The notes under the pieces: generated by a model
Databases searched by the model: none
The model's input: only the letters and a program-made list of their open reading frames with translations
Told to the model about the DNA's origin: nothing
Translations under genes and position numbers: made by a program
From: a virus
Taxonomy: Duplodnaviria > Caudoviricetes
Virus record (IMG/VR): IMGVR_UViG_3300032138_000680
Span: 1-64,000 of that record
Reading direction: 5' to 3' (one strand)
DNA length: 64,000 bases
In this document: piece after piece, positions 30,491 through 41,215 of the stretch
Position numbering within the stretch: the first letter of the stretch is position 1
How the letters are laid out: each line of letters begins with the position of its first letter

Positions 30491-31609
30491 TTAATTCTTA
30501 TCTAATATCCAATTTATGGCTTCCATCTTAAAATCTTGATCTTTATAAAATAAATCCTCCATAATTTTTTGATTTTTTACCAATCGATGTCTATTATTGT
30601 TTATCTCATCCATAAATAATTTAGGATTTTTTTCATGTTGCTCAAAAATATCTATTAAATGATCTTCTGCCCTGTTTCCATAATCTTTAGAATAATCACA
30701 AAAATGTGAATTCAATGTCCAAAATCCAAATTTTTCAAGTAATTTTATTTTAGAAGGATGAGTCGCTAAAATAATTGGTACACCACTTATTAGTGCTCTA
30801 AAAGTTTTTTCAGTAAAAACTACATTTTCTCTATCCTCTAAACTAGCGGTTTCTGGAACAAATACTGTATGTCCAGTTTGAAAATCCCAATACCATCCCA
30901 TATTCACAGTATCCATCATTGTTCTATTACAAGTAATAAAATCTTTTGATTTATTTTTAGGTTGAATTTTGCTATTTGGAAATTTTTTATTAATTTTATT
31001 TATTAACTCCTCTCTCCATTTTCGTTTATTACCATCACCATCACTACCACTAAATCCTTTAAAGTATGAAAAACAAAATGATTTATCTCCTTTATATTCT
31101 ATATTAAAATCTGTAAAAGATGGGTTATGATAAAATCCAAAATAATAAAAATAACGAGTAAATTGTAATAAAGGTTGTTGTAATATTTTATACTTACCAG
31201 CCTTTAAAGATTTAAGTTTAGTTGATAAAACAATCGACTTTATCCTATCTAAATCAAAATTAGATTTTAACATATCAATATTAACTATCTCACCAAAATT
31301 TAAATAAATATGAACATCTACTTTATCTGGTACTCCTATCGTATCTAATCCTAAACGTGGTAATATTAATTTTATCTTATCATATTTTTCATCAGAACAA
31401 ATATTGGCCACATTAGATTCTATATTACCATCTGTAAAAGTAATAATATCCCAATCTGGTAATCCCCTCTTTTTAAACTTTATTATCCTTCCTTCTTGGC
31501 CGGGTCTATCTTCGCCTATCAGTTCAAATGGATAAAATAAAGAAAACAATATTGACATATCCAACTTTATTAACTCGTTATCAAAGGATGGTATAATAAT
31601 AGCATTCAT
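30491..31609 (-). CDS. Putative glycosyltransferase, 'TEK' family
   Basis: VFVPET...VFTEKTFRAL...PIIL...LEKFGF. The likely start is ATG 31609 (TAATG overlap). Confidence 0.45.
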   Translation of the reverse strand: MNAIIIPSFDNELIKLDMSILFSLFYPFELIGEDRPGQEGRIIKFKKRGLPDWDIITFTDGNIESNVANICSDEKYDKIKLILPRLGLDTIGVPDKVDVHIYLNFGEIVNIDMLKSNFDLDRIKSIVLSTKLKSLKAGKYKILQQPLLQFTRYFYYFGFYHNPSFTDFNIEYKGDKSFCFSYFKGFSGSDGDGNKRKWREELINKINKKFPNSKIQPKNKSKDFITCNRTMMDTVNMGWYWDFQTGHTVFVPETASLEDRENVVFTEKTFRALISGVPIILATHPSKIKLLEKFGFWTLNSHFCDYSKDYGNRAEDHLIDIFEQHEKNPKLFMDEINNNRHRLVKNQKIMEDLFYKDQDFKMEAINWILDKN

Positions 31610-32361
31610 TAGAACAAATCTCCCCATTCAGGTTTATATATATTCACATTATTACTATTTCCACTCTCATCTCTAAATTTATAAGGTGTTCTCGTTTTAA
31701 AATCTACATATGTAATTACTTTTTTTTCTTTCCAAAAGGCTTTGTTATGACTTTCTGGTTCTCTAAAATATTCTATAAAATCACTATCACTGAAAGGTTT
31801 ACGAAATATTCCAACAAAATCAATATCACCGTGATACCATCCCGCGTCCTGATCACTTACACCATCTAATCCATTACAACATCCTATCCATAACCAAGCA
31901 GTACTATAATCTACGAGTTTTCCCTCGTACCTTATTTCTTCAACATATGGTCTATCCCAACCGGGTAAACCAAGCATAATAGTTATTTGTTTTCTATCAT
32001 GACTGTGGTGAAAAACTACATCATAAGTTTTTCTTTCTGCTTCCTTAGACCACAAATAAACCTCTGATGGTATTTTATCGACTGCAATATATGTCATTTC
32101 AGGACCAACAGTACCATCTTCTTTTTCTACCCAAACTATACCTTTTATAAATCCATATCCCCTTTCATGAGAAACTTGAATTCCAGCATGTTGACCATTC
32201 TTTATAACAACACCAGAGTCATAACTTTCAGTAATTTTAACCCAATCTGGATTAAATCTACACGCTATAGTTATATCTTTCTCCATCATATTCCAAATAG
32301 GAGACTTACTTAAATTAAATTTGTGTTTTGATGGTACAAATAATGGATCTGCTATTTTCAT
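31609..32361 (-). CDS. Stand-alone LamG/concanavalin-A-like domain protein
   Basis: Aligns by eye with the LamG inserts of the GT7 trio (GQHAGI, YEGKLVDY, LWIGC, YHGDI, DESGNSN). Confidence 0.6.
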   Translation of the reverse strand: MKIADPLFVPSKHKFNLSKSPIWNMMEKDITIACRFNPDWVKITESYDSGVVIKNGQHAGIQVSHERGYGFIKGIVWVEKEDGTVGPEMTYIAVDKIPSEVYLWSKEAERKTYDVVFHHSHDRKQITIMLGLPGWDRPYVEEIRYEGKLVDYSTAWLWIGCCNGLDGVSDQDAGWYHGDIDFVGIFRKPFSDSDFIEYFREPESHNKAFWKEKKVITYVDFKTRTPYKFRDESGNSNNVNIYKPEWGDLF

Positions 32362-33806
32362 AATTTAATCTCCAAACATTTTCTATAAAAACTTTCATAT
32401 TCTGGAAAAACTTCTACAAAATTTGTTCCTCGCCTTTTATCGTGTTCTTGAAAAAACCTACCAAAATCACTTCTGTTTATATTAAATGATTCCTTATCCC
32501 TATCAACAGAAATCATCCAGTCATAAATTCTTTTTATTTTTTGAACTTCAATATCAGAATACCCGATGTACATACTTTCAAATATCGGCAAAGCAAGAAA
32601 ATCCAATTGTTGAGCCTGTTTAAAAATCTCATCAGACCATATTTTAGGTAAAACTTGAACAGTTTGATGCTGTGGATATCTTAAATAACTTGTATCTAAA
32701 AAAGTTGCAGAATTCCAATATCTATCTGAAGAACCATATTGTTCTTTTAATTTATAGATACCATCAATTAATTTACCATAATTAGGAACTGATAAGGCAT
32801 TGTAAGTACTCATATAAGTTAAATTCACCCTCTTCAATACTTCTAATACCCTATGACAATTATCCCAAAAATAATTAAAGTCTAATCCATGTCTAATATA
32901 TTCTGCCTGTTTCCCCCAAGTATCCACAGATGTAAAAATAATAATTTCCTTAACTTTATCCTCTTGTTCAAGTACTTTCATTTTTTCTAAAAACTTATCT
33001 ATTATTTCTTTGGGTACACCTAAGTTTGAATTTATAGCTAAACTTAAATTTTTATTTGGATTTGGATGTTCTATAATATAATCTAATACTTTAAAGGTAT
33101 CTTTTGTTAATAATGGTTCTCCACCTGTTATTCTAAATGTATGTAAATCTTCATACAAATCTGGCCACCATTTCCAAAATGCTTCTACATATGGATTGTA
33201 TTCTCTATGTGGAATTGGCATTTTATCTTCATTTGTTAAACCAGCAAGATTATTAAATCCTCCACCACCATCAGTTGTTGTTGGATAACCACCATGTTTA
33301 TCTATTTCTTCCATCCAGGTAGATGAAAAAGCAGGCCCACAATAACTACATTTAAAATTACAGGCATTTGAAAACGCAACCTCTACATATCTTGGATTAA
33401 AATCATCTCTCCAACTGGAATTTTTTATCTCATCATAATGTGGTAATGACCAAGATTCACCTGATTTAAATGTTCTATCCGAATATCTATCGGAATTGTC
33501 CTCTACGTTCCAACAATATGTACATTCATCTGGTCGTTTGTTATCTACCAACATTTCTTTTCTTCTCATTTTCTTATATCGAGTATTATGTAATGCAGAA
33601 GGATTTCTTTTTATTTCAGTTAAAGAAACTTTATGTGTTTTTGGATGATGGCAAGAATGGGTATGTCCATTCTGTAAATGAACTGTGACTTGTGTCCATT
33701 TTGCTAAACACATTCCACACCCAATCTCATCTAATTTACTCTTAGTACTTACAAGGTATGGCGATTCTTTTTCAATGTATTTTCTTGCTTTTTGTGGATC
33801 GGCCAT
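32358..33806 (-). CDS. Radical SAM protein with N-terminal Twitch-like Cys domain
   Basis: CLAKW...SCHH...CTYCW, then CNFKCSYC and ITGGEPLL. Confidence 0.85.
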   Translation of the reverse strand: MADPQKARKYIEKESPYLVSTKSKLDEIGCGMCLAKWTQVTVHLQNGHTHSCHHPKTHKVSLTEIKRNPSALHNTRYKKMRRKEMLVDNKRPDECTYCWNVEDNSDRYSDRTFKSGESWSLPHYDEIKNSSWRDDFNPRYVEVAFSNACNFKCSYCGPAFSSTWMEEIDKHGGYPTTTDGGGGFNNLAGLTNEDKMPIPHREYNPYVEAFWKWWPDLYEDLHTFRITGGEPLLTKDTFKVLDYIIEHPNPNKNLSLAINSNLGVPKEIIDKFLEKMKVLEQEDKVKEIIIFTSVDTWGKQAEYIRHGLDFNYFWDNCHRVLEVLKRVNLTYMSTYNALSVPNYGKLIDGIYKLKEQYGSSDRYWNSATFLDTSYLRYPQHQTVQVLPKIWSDEIFKQAQQLDFLALPIFESMYIGYSDIEVQKIKRIYDWMISVDRDKESFNINRSDFGRFFQEHDKRRGTNFVEVFPEYESFYRKCLEIKL

Positions 33807-34004
33807 TTATTTTTCTTCTTCTACTGGAGGTGTATCATCTACATATTTTTTATAAAATTCTGCAAGATAATATTGTACTCTATTACTCCATTCATCTTTA
33901 TCTACTTCTTCAAACCAAATAGTTAAAGAATCAAGTATTGTAACTATTTTTTCAAGAGCTACTACTTTTCGTTCTTCTAATATTCTTTGATCTTTTTCGC
34001 TCAC
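33807..34004 (-). CDS. Small hypothetical protein
   Basis: 65 aa, GTG start with AAGGAG SD, abuts the next gene. Confidence 0.7.
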   Translation of the reverse strand: MSEKDQRILEERKVVALEKIVTILDSLTIWFEEVDKDEWSNRVQYYLAEFYKKYVDDTPPVEEEK

Positions 34005-34019
34005 TTTAAAACTCCTTTT

Positions 34020-35519
34020 TTAAAATTCAACATGACTTGGGATATCTTGTCCACAACGAAAATCTATTATTTCGTGATCCGTTCCAAATAGTTTTTCTCG
34101 TTTCACTACACTATAATTTAAATTTGTAAGTCCATCATCATCTGTATTTATTATACCACCTTGAACATCTTCTACAAATCGTTTTTCGTTTACACTTGTA
34201 TCCTTCTGGTGAACAAACTTACCACCTACGATATCATTTCGTGGATGTAATAGAGAAGTAAATTTACCAGGTCGACTTCTATACGGTAAAATAGTATTTG
34301 GTATTTTATCAACAGATTCTATTCCTACTGAACATCCATTTAATACTCCATGATTTCCATTTCCACTCAAATCATAAACTATATTCTTTTTTACTTTAGA
34401 AAAGTCATAATAAAGTGAAGAACCAGTGGGGATTGGATAATCAGTTTTATAGTAGTTCTTCACTTCATCTTTACTTAATACCTTATCTAAAAGATAAACC
34501 TGTGCAACATCACCGGCAAAGAAATTAGATTCTTCTTTGTTAGGATCACCAACACCAATATAAAATGGATTTCCACCATATCTCTTTAATGGCGGCTGAA
34601 ACTTTAATGGCGATTCTGAACCGTGTCCGAATCTTGAATCTGATTCCCTACCATTTAAATAAAATCTCATTTCATTCTTATCAACATTTATTGTAACCAT
34701 CAAATGTGTCCAAACATCAGGATGTCTTTTTATCCACATATAAGAATGATTGTTCTTTCGGTTAAACAATCCAAATGAATATGCATCTGAATTATCCCAG
34801 CCTAATCCCATTTGGAAACTTGGTCGTCCAAAAATATATTGATGAATAAATTTTCTATTTTCAACATCACCAATTAAATATTTTGGAATATCAAATCTAT
34901 CTTCTGCCCGAACCAATAACGCCATTGTAAAATTACCACTTGTAATTTCTCGTATAGAATCATTTGGACTTATTTTTACATAATCACTTAAACCATTAAA
35001 TCTTAAAAAACTTCGTGGTTTATTTGATTCGTGAATCATAGATGTTTCATCTGCTAATCCCTTTTTCTTAGTTCTGTAAAATAAATCATCATCTTCCATT
35101 CCCCAATTAAAATAACCATTAGAATAACCATTTATTTTTTCGTAGTGTTCTTTAGTAAATAGAATAGCCCCACCAAAATATTCTTGATATTTCAATCCAT
35201 ATTCGAATTGTTGTACCATAACTGCTAAATGTTCTACTTTATCTGGATAAGAATAATCACAAGTAACATCTTCAGGAACCATATCTATATCGTGAAAACA
35301 GAAATAGTCATAACCCTCTTTTTGTGCAATATCAAATGCTACATTTTTAGCTGTTCCTCTATTGAATCCACTTACACTATCTGGATAAACTTGATTGGCA
35401 ACAAATATCTTATATTCTATATCCTTATCCTTAAAAAATTTATCCATATGTGGAACAAACTTTTTAAGATGTTCTTCCCTTTTATAATGTGGAACACATA
35501 TTGCTAATTTTTTATTCAT
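34020..35519 (-). CDS. GT7 (beta-1,4-galactosyltransferase-like) with inserted LamG domain
   Basis: FNRG, CFHDID, YFGG, NGYSN, WGMEDDD; LamG; then H...DGLTNLNY. Confidence 0.85.
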   Translation of the reverse strand: MNKKLAICVPHYKREEHLKKFVPHMDKFFKDKDIEYKIFVANQVYPDSVSGFNRGTAKNVAFDIAQKEGYDYFCFHDIDMVPEDVTCDYSYPDKVEHLAVMVQQFEYGLKYQEYFGGAILFTKEHYEKINGYSNGYFNWGMEDDDLFYRTKKKGLADETSMIHESNKPRSFLRFNGLSDYVKISPNDSIREITSGNFTMALLVRAEDRFDIPKYLIGDVENRKFIHQYIFGRPSFQMGLGWDNSDAYSFGLFNRKNNHSYMWIKRHPDVWTHLMVTINVDKNEMRFYLNGRESDSRFGHGSESPLKFQPPLKRYGGNPFYIGVGDPNKEESNFFAGDVAQVYLLDKVLSKDEVKNYYKTDYPIPTGSSLYYDFSKVKKNIVYDLSGNGNHGVLNGCSVGIESVDKIPNTILPYRSRPGKFTSLLHPRNDIVGGKFVHQKDTSVNEKRFVEDVQGGIINTDDDGLTNLNYSVVKREKLFGTDHEIIDFRCGQDIPSHVEF

Positions 35520-36994
35520 GTTACTGATATAAACTCGTGTTTATTTAAAAATTGTTCTTGATGTAAAATCTCATATTTAAGAGAACTTAAACCATCTTCT
35601 TTAATGTCTGTTAATCCTTGTCTAACCTTATTAAAAAACCGTAATTGGTTTTCTCGTGTTTCCCAATGAGTAAACTTAGTCTGTCCCCACCCATTTTCTT
35701 CATGTTCTAAACAAGTGTATTTTCCATCTCGTCTGTTTGGTATTGTTGCGATACTACCAATTCTCAACTCTTTTTCTTTTTGAATTGCCCTGTATATTTT
35801 TGCATGATTATCATTTCCACTTTTATCAATAACCATGTTATCTACAATATTATCAAAATTCCAATAACCAACTACATTTTTTGCCGATTTATAAATTTCT
35901 TGTCCAGACTTCCACCCGTCAAATTGTTTACTGGCCGTCACATTTCGGGGATACCCATTATTATATAAATATAATGCCTCTTCGGGATCTAAACAATTAG
36001 ACCAAAGAGTTACCTGTGCCACAGTTCCTTTAAAATAACCCTCATCACCGCTTCTCGCATTTGGATTTGCACATCCAATGTAATATGGAACATTGGTTGA
36101 CTCTCTAATCTTCCCTAAAAAATCTGTTGGTGATTCGTTTGTTTCTACTCCATTTACAAACATCCTCAGTCGTTTTAAAATGTGGTCTACTGTATAAACA
36201 ATATGAACCCATTCATCAGTTCGTCTGTCTGAAACTACCATAGATTGTTCATTGTCTGTATTCCAAATACCACCTTTATATTGCATCCCACTTGTATAGG
36301 CAATCCCTACATGATGTCCTGGTCGAGTAAAGACATGAAACTCATCGTATTCTTTATTTTCGTCAAGAACTATATCATCAGATGGTTCTACCCAAGCCTC
36401 AACTGAAAATGATGAATTTACCACTCTATTTAATAAAAGTGTATTCTTTATTTCAAGATAATCTCTACCATTAAATTCCATAGTACTTATGTATCGTGGT
36501 ACTTTATCTTTCGATGAACCAGTCCATTGTTCTTGTAATGGAACTCCTCGTTTTTTACAACGATAAAGTAAATCATCATCCTCAAATCCCCATCCCCAAT
36601 ACTTGTTAGAATATCCATTTATCCACTCAAAATGTTCTTTGTTGAATAATGTAACTCCACTAAAGTATTCAGGATAGACTAAACGATAATTGAATTTACT
36701 TAATCTTGCTGCAAGATGTGTTGGTTTATCTACCCAAGAATAATCACACGTTTTATCTTCAGGTAACATATCCACATCGTGGAAACAAAAATAATCAAAT
36801 CCTTGTTGTGATGATACATCGTATCCTACATTTATTAACCATCCACGATTAAAGGGCCTATCGTTCCCTTGTTCCACTACAAAGATTTTGAAATCTATCT
36901 CTTTATCAGATAGAAATTTCTCCATATGTGGAACAAATTTAGCGAGATGTTCTTCTCTATCCCGATACGGAACTATTATCGCCAATTTAGTCAT
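35516..36994 (-). CDS. GT7 with inserted LamG domain
   Basis: IVPYRDREEHL, PFNRG, CFHDVD, NGYSNKYWGWGFEDDD; LamG; DGLSSLKY. Confidence 0.88.
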   Translation of the reverse strand: MTKLAIIVPYRDREEHLAKFVPHMEKFLSDKEIDFKIFVVEQGNDRPFNRGWLINVGYDVSSQQGFDYFCFHDVDMLPEDKTCDYSWVDKPTHLAARLSKFNYRLVYPEYFSGVTLFNKEHFEWINGYSNKYWGWGFEDDDLLYRCKKRGVPLQEQWTGSSKDKVPRYISTMEFNGRDYLEIKNTLLLNRVVNSSFSVEAWVEPSDDIVLDENKEYDEFHVFTRPGHHVGIAYTSGMQYKGGIWNTDNEQSMVVSDRRTDEWVHIVYTVDHILKRLRMFVNGVETNESPTDFLGKIRESTNVPYYIGCANPNARSGDEGYFKGTVAQVTLWSNCLDPEEALYLYNNGYPRNVTASKQFDGWKSGQEIYKSAKNVVGYWNFDNIVDNMVIDKSGNDNHAKIYRAIQKEKELRIGSIATIPNRRDGKYTCLEHEENGWGQTKFTHWETRENQLRFFNKVRQGLTDIKEDGLSSLKYEILHQEQFLNKHEFISVT

Positions 36995-37386
36995 TATTTA
37001 CCGAATAATTTACCGACCACCGACTTCTTTTCTTTAGGTTCTTCGCCCAAAGTCTTTGCAATTTCACTTGCAATGTCTGCTGCAGATGCTTGTGGTTGTG
37101 CAACTGGTGGGGCTGATACTCCTTCTGGATTACTCTCTACATAGTTCTTAACTATATTATAGATTTCCCATAGTTTCCAATCAATTGCCTCAACCTTTTC
37201 TTCTATGTTAGTCAATGACTTAACTGCTATTGCAGTAAGTTCACTACCTTCATTAGAATCAAGGGCGTCTTTTGCGTCTGCCTTTTCCTCTTTTTCTGGG
37301 TTGTTCCAAGGTTGATCCTCTGCTTTAGTTCCAGTTTCTTTAGTTTCAACTGGTTTTGTTTCAGTTTCTTTTTTAGTTGCCATCAC
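36994..37386 (-). CDS. Hypothetical acidic/low-complexity protein
   Basis: 130 aa with AGGAG SD; central helical segment EKVEAIDWKLWEIY. Confidence 0.7.
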   Translation of the reverse strand: MMATKKETETKPVETKETGTKAEDQPWNNPEKEEKADAKDALDSNEGSELTAIAVKSLTNIEEKVEAIDWKLWEIYNIVKNYVESNPEGVSAPPVAQPQASAADIASEIAKTLGEEPKEKKSVVGKLFGK

Positions 37387-37394
37387 TTTTCTCC

Positions 37395-38885
37395 TTATAT
37401 TAAAACTTCTATTATTTCATGTTTTTCTTGATAGTCCTGTCTATTAACTATCCTAAATCTTGTTGATGTTAGTCCATCTATATCTACATCCCGCATATTT
37501 GCTCCAACCTTTTTATTAAAAGTCTTACGATTTGTCATTATTTCGGGGCCATCCCCATTCCTGTCGTGTTTAGTTCTTGTTAAATTTTCGAGATTTAAAT
37601 AATCATCGTGAGATGATAAATAACCATAAGCACCATTTCTTCTATAAGGTAAATATCTTTCTGTATTACTTTTTAAAGATTTATTTGCAAATTTGACATT
37701 GTAAAACTTTGCATGGTTTCCATTTCCACTCATATCAAAAGTGATATCATCATAACCGCTCTTAAAATTCCAAACTCCTACTGGTAATTTAGAAGTTACA
37801 TATTCACCTTTATTGTTAACTATTCCTTTATTAAAAATTAATTCCATTTCATAATCGTTTAACGTATCTGACCACAACCCTACTTCTGCTATTTGTCCTT
37901 TATAAAAATTTCTCCAATGTGTTGTAGTTGGATTACCAACTCCAATATAATATGGCTTATTCAAATACTCAACAAGTTGTCCTTCATAACTCTTTTTACC
38001 TGCTTCTTTACCATTCACATAAAGAGTTAATGTTTGTTCTTTATCATCTACAACCATACCAATGTGTGACCATACAGTTGTACGTTGAAATGGAACTTTT
38101 ATTAATACTGGTTCTCTTTCATTACTTCCCTCTTTTCTAATCCAAATTACACCCTTTAAAAACCTACCGTGTATATATGAAAGTCCTGTGTGATAACCAG
38201 GTCGCATAAAAATACTATATTCACATCTATTACTATCTACATCTGCACCATAAGGTGGTTCTCCATTGGGACAAAACCAAGTAGATATTGAAAAACTTTT
38301 ATTGGTTGCGTTTTTAATCTTTGTATTTTCAGCTGGTATTTCTATGTAAGAATTCATTCCATTAAAATTTCCATAAGTTTTTGATACGTTTTTTCCCAGT
38401 TCTATTCTAACTGACAATCCTCTAACAACACATCTAAATAATAAATCATAATCTTCATATCCACTGCCCCAATATTCATTTGAATATCCATTTATTTGTT
38501 CATAATGTTCTTTTGAAAATAAAACTGCCCCACCAAAATATTCATCATATGGTAAACTATAATCATCAAAATTTTGAACTTTTTCTTGATCACCAAACTC
38601 TATCTTGTTTCTCATACCAACTAATGAAATCGGTTTTTCTTCATAAGAATAATCACATTCATAAGAAATAGGTATTAAATCTGAATCGTGGAAGCAAAAA
38701 TAATCAAACTTATCCTTATGTAACATATATCCAATATTAAACAACTTACCTTTATTTAATGGTCTATTTGATTTTTGTTTCATAAAAACTAATTTATAAT
38801 CACCATCTACTGTAGCATCAAAATGATTTACAAAATTTTCTATATGTTCTTCATTATATGGAAGTATAATCGCTAATCTTTTCAT
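37395..38885 (-). CDS. GT7 with inserted LamG domain
   Basis: PLNKGKLFN, CFHDSD, NGYSNEYWGSGYEDYD; LamG; DGLTSTRF. Confidence 0.85.
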   Translation of the reverse strand: MKRLAIILPYNEEHIENFVNHFDATVDGDYKLVFMKQKSNRPLNKGKLFNIGYMLHKDKFDYFCFHDSDLIPISYECDYSYEEKPISLVGMRNKIEFGDQEKVQNFDDYSLPYDEYFGGAVLFSKEHYEQINGYSNEYWGSGYEDYDLLFRCVVRGLSVRIELGKNVSKTYGNFNGMNSYIEIPAENTKIKNATNKSFSISTWFCPNGEPPYGADVDSNRCEYSIFMRPGYHTGLSYIHGRFLKGVIWIRKEGSNEREPVLIKVPFQRTTVWSHIGMVVDDKEQTLTLYVNGKEAGKKSYEGQLVEYLNKPYYIGVGNPTTTHWRNFYKGQIAEVGLWSDTLNDYEMELIFNKGIVNNKGEYVTSKLPVGVWNFKSGYDDITFDMSGNGNHAKFYNVKFANKSLKSNTERYLPYRRNGAYGYLSSHDDYLNLENLTRTKHDRNGDGPEIMTNRKTFNKKVGANMRDVDIDGLTSTRFRIVNRQDYQEKHEIIEVLI

Positions 38886-39742
38886 ACTCTATACTCTAAT
38901 GCTTGTGTTCTTACTGTATCCCAATGTGGATAATCCTCATAATTTTTACTACCCTTTTCTATCATAAACCTTTCATCTTCTATATCTATTCTACCATAAT
39001 TATCAATGATATAATCAAACATATCTCTATACTCTTTGTGAAAAGTATAGTCCTTTTTAATACGAGAAACTTCTCGTAATCTACCCATTACAGATATGTC
39101 CCATTTAAAATGATGAACTTGAATAAAACACTTATCAACAGGATATCGTAATGAATGATTCCATCTATTTCCATAAGTATCTTCACCATCTATCATTGCA
39201 TAATGTTGTCCATTAGTAATTTGAATATCACCTTTAACCACAACTGTCTTATTTGGACAAGCATTTGAAACTGGTAATCTAAATGAACCTGCCAATGGAA
39301 ACTCTTTCCAAACATCACTATCATCATTTATCTTTGGAAATCTACCACCTTCACCAATTCTATCTAAAAATGCTCCTGTAATAAATTTATAACTATTCTC
39401 CTCACAATCTTCTATGAGTTCGTTAATTGGTTTTGGATAAACATGAAATTCATCATCGTCTGATACAATCCACCAATCATCTGGTTTTAATAATTTTGTT
39501 TCGTTGTATAATTCTGTAACTCTTTCCCAATTAAATGGTTCTTCAAAAGTTTTTCTATGAATATCAATATTTAAATCACGAGTGATTTCTTTAACTTCTG
39601 ATAAAACCTTATCTTTGTCTGAAGATAAATATACCACTACAAATATATCATCTACCATATCTTTATAATGATTCAACATATGTCTTAACATTGTGGTATT
39701 ATGACCGCAAACTGTAACTAAATTAATATTCATGGAGATCAA
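38882..39742 (-). CDS. GT2-like (GT-A fold) glycosyltransferase
   Basis: HMLNHY, WWIVSDDDEF (DxD), GQH, VHHFKW. Confidence 0.65.
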   Translation of the reverse strand: MISMNINLVTVCGHNTTMLRHMLNHYKDMVDDIFVVVYLSSDKDKVLSEVKEITRDLNIDIHRKTFEEPFNWERVTELYNETKLLKPDDWWIVSDDDEFHVYPKPINELIEDCEENSYKFITGAFLDRIGEGGRFPKINDDSDVWKEFPLAGSFRLPVSNACPNKTVVVKGDIQITNGQHYAMIDGEDTYGNRWNHSLRYPVDKCFIQVHHFKWDISVMGRLREVSRIKKDYTFHKEYRDMFDYIIDNYGRIDIEDERFMIEKGSKNYEDYPHWDTVRTQALEYRV

Positions 39743-41214
39743 TCAGTATCCTCGTGATAGACGGGGGCATTTCTTAAATGGTGTGTTAAATTCTCAGGTG
39801 TAATTAACTTTTTACATTTATGATAAAAATCTTCCATTTCAGGAAAAGTTTTTAAGAAGTTTTTTCCTCTACGTTTATCATACTCATCAATAAACAAAAC
39901 AAAATCTATTCGTTGCTTTTCCAACCAATGTTCATTCTGTGTAAACATATCTGTCATTCTTCTAACTTTTTCCTGCTCAAAATCAAAAAAACCTACTTCG
40001 TAATATCCATCAACGTGCTCATATTTATGCATTCCTAAATCTTCCATAAAACGAGATAATTCATTTATTTTTTCTAACCAATCTGCTGTTAAAATTCTAA
40101 AATCTAAAAATTCTGGATGTCTTATGTATGATGTATCCAAAATAATTGAATAATCTCTATATCTTTTAGTACTACCATATATTTTTTTCAATCTGTAAAC
40201 CTTCTGAATTACTTTATGGTATGAAGAAATACTTAAAGCATTAAATGCCGCCATAATAGTAACTTCAGGTCTCTCACATTTTGTAAGAAATTCATCTACT
40301 CTATTCCACAACACTCCTGAATCCAACCCATCTCTAATATACTCTGCTTGTTTACCATCTGCCTCTATACTTGTAAATAATACAAAGTTCCATACTAAAT
40401 CATTATCAGTAATATATTTAACCTTATCTAAAAATTCTTCCCATAGTCCATCAGGAACAGATAAATTAGAATTTACACACAATTCTATTTTTGGATTGAC
40501 TGTTGGATTATCTATAATATAATCTAAAACTTTAAAGGTGTCTTTATGTAAAAGTGGTTCACCGCCGGTTATTCTAAATGTATGGAGTCTTGGAAATAAA
40601 TCTGGCCACCATTTCCAAAATGCATCTCTGTATGGGTTTGGTTTAGTATGTGGTATAGGAACAATTCCATCTCGTTCCATCCATTCTATATTATTATAAT
40701 ATCCACTCGTTGGATAAGCACCAAGCGTTGATATCTCGTGTTGCCAATTAGAACTACTTTTCACATCACAATAAGCACAGGCCATATTACATTGATTACT
40801 AAACGAGATTTCTACATATGGCGGAAATACATCTTCATTTCCTGTCAAGTTTTTTATATTTTCAAAATGTGGAAGTGCCCATGCTTCACCACTTTTTAGT
40901 ACTCTATCACTAAACGATTCTTCATTTGAATCCTCTACATTCCAACAATAATCACATTCTTTTGGACGACCACCATGTAACATTGTTTTTCTTTGAAGTT
41001 TTTTAAACTTTGTATTATGGAGTGCAGATGGATTTTCTTTAATTTCCTCTAATGGAATTTTATGTGGAATAGGATGGTGACAAGAATGAGTTTGACCAGT
41101 CTGTAAAAGAATACTAACTTGATTCCACTTTGCTAAACAAAAACCTTTACCGACTTTATTTAAGCCTTCTCTTACCATTTCAAAATTTTTTAATCCACTA
41201 ACACCCTTTGCCAT
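39739..41214 (-). CDS. Radical SAM protein with N-terminal Twitch-like Cys domain (paralog of 32358..33806)
   Basis: CLAKW...SCHH...CDYCW; CNMACAYC; ITGGEPLL. Confidence 0.85.
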   Translation of the reverse strand: MAKGVSGLKNFEMVREGLNKVGKGFCLAKWNQVSILLQTGQTHSCHHPIPHKIPLEEIKENPSALHNTKFKKLQRKTMLHGGRPKECDYCWNVEDSNEESFSDRVLKSGEAWALPHFENIKNLTGNEDVFPPYVEISFSNQCNMACAYCDVKSSSNWQHEISTLGAYPTSGYYNNIEWMERDGIVPIPHTKPNPYRDAFWKWWPDLFPRLHTFRITGGEPLLHKDTFKVLDYIIDNPTVNPKIELCVNSNLSVPDGLWEEFLDKVKYITDNDLVWNFVLFTSIEADGKQAEYIRDGLDSGVLWNRVDEFLTKCERPEVTIMAAFNALSISSYHKVIQKVYRLKKIYGSTKRYRDYSIILDTSYIRHPEFLDFRILTADWLEKINELSRFMEDLGMHKYEHVDGYYEVGFFDFEQEKVRRMTDMFTQNEHWLEKQRIDFVLFIDEYDKRRGKNFLKTFPEMEDFYHKCKKLITPENLTHHLRNAPVYHEDTD

Positions 41215-41215
41215 A

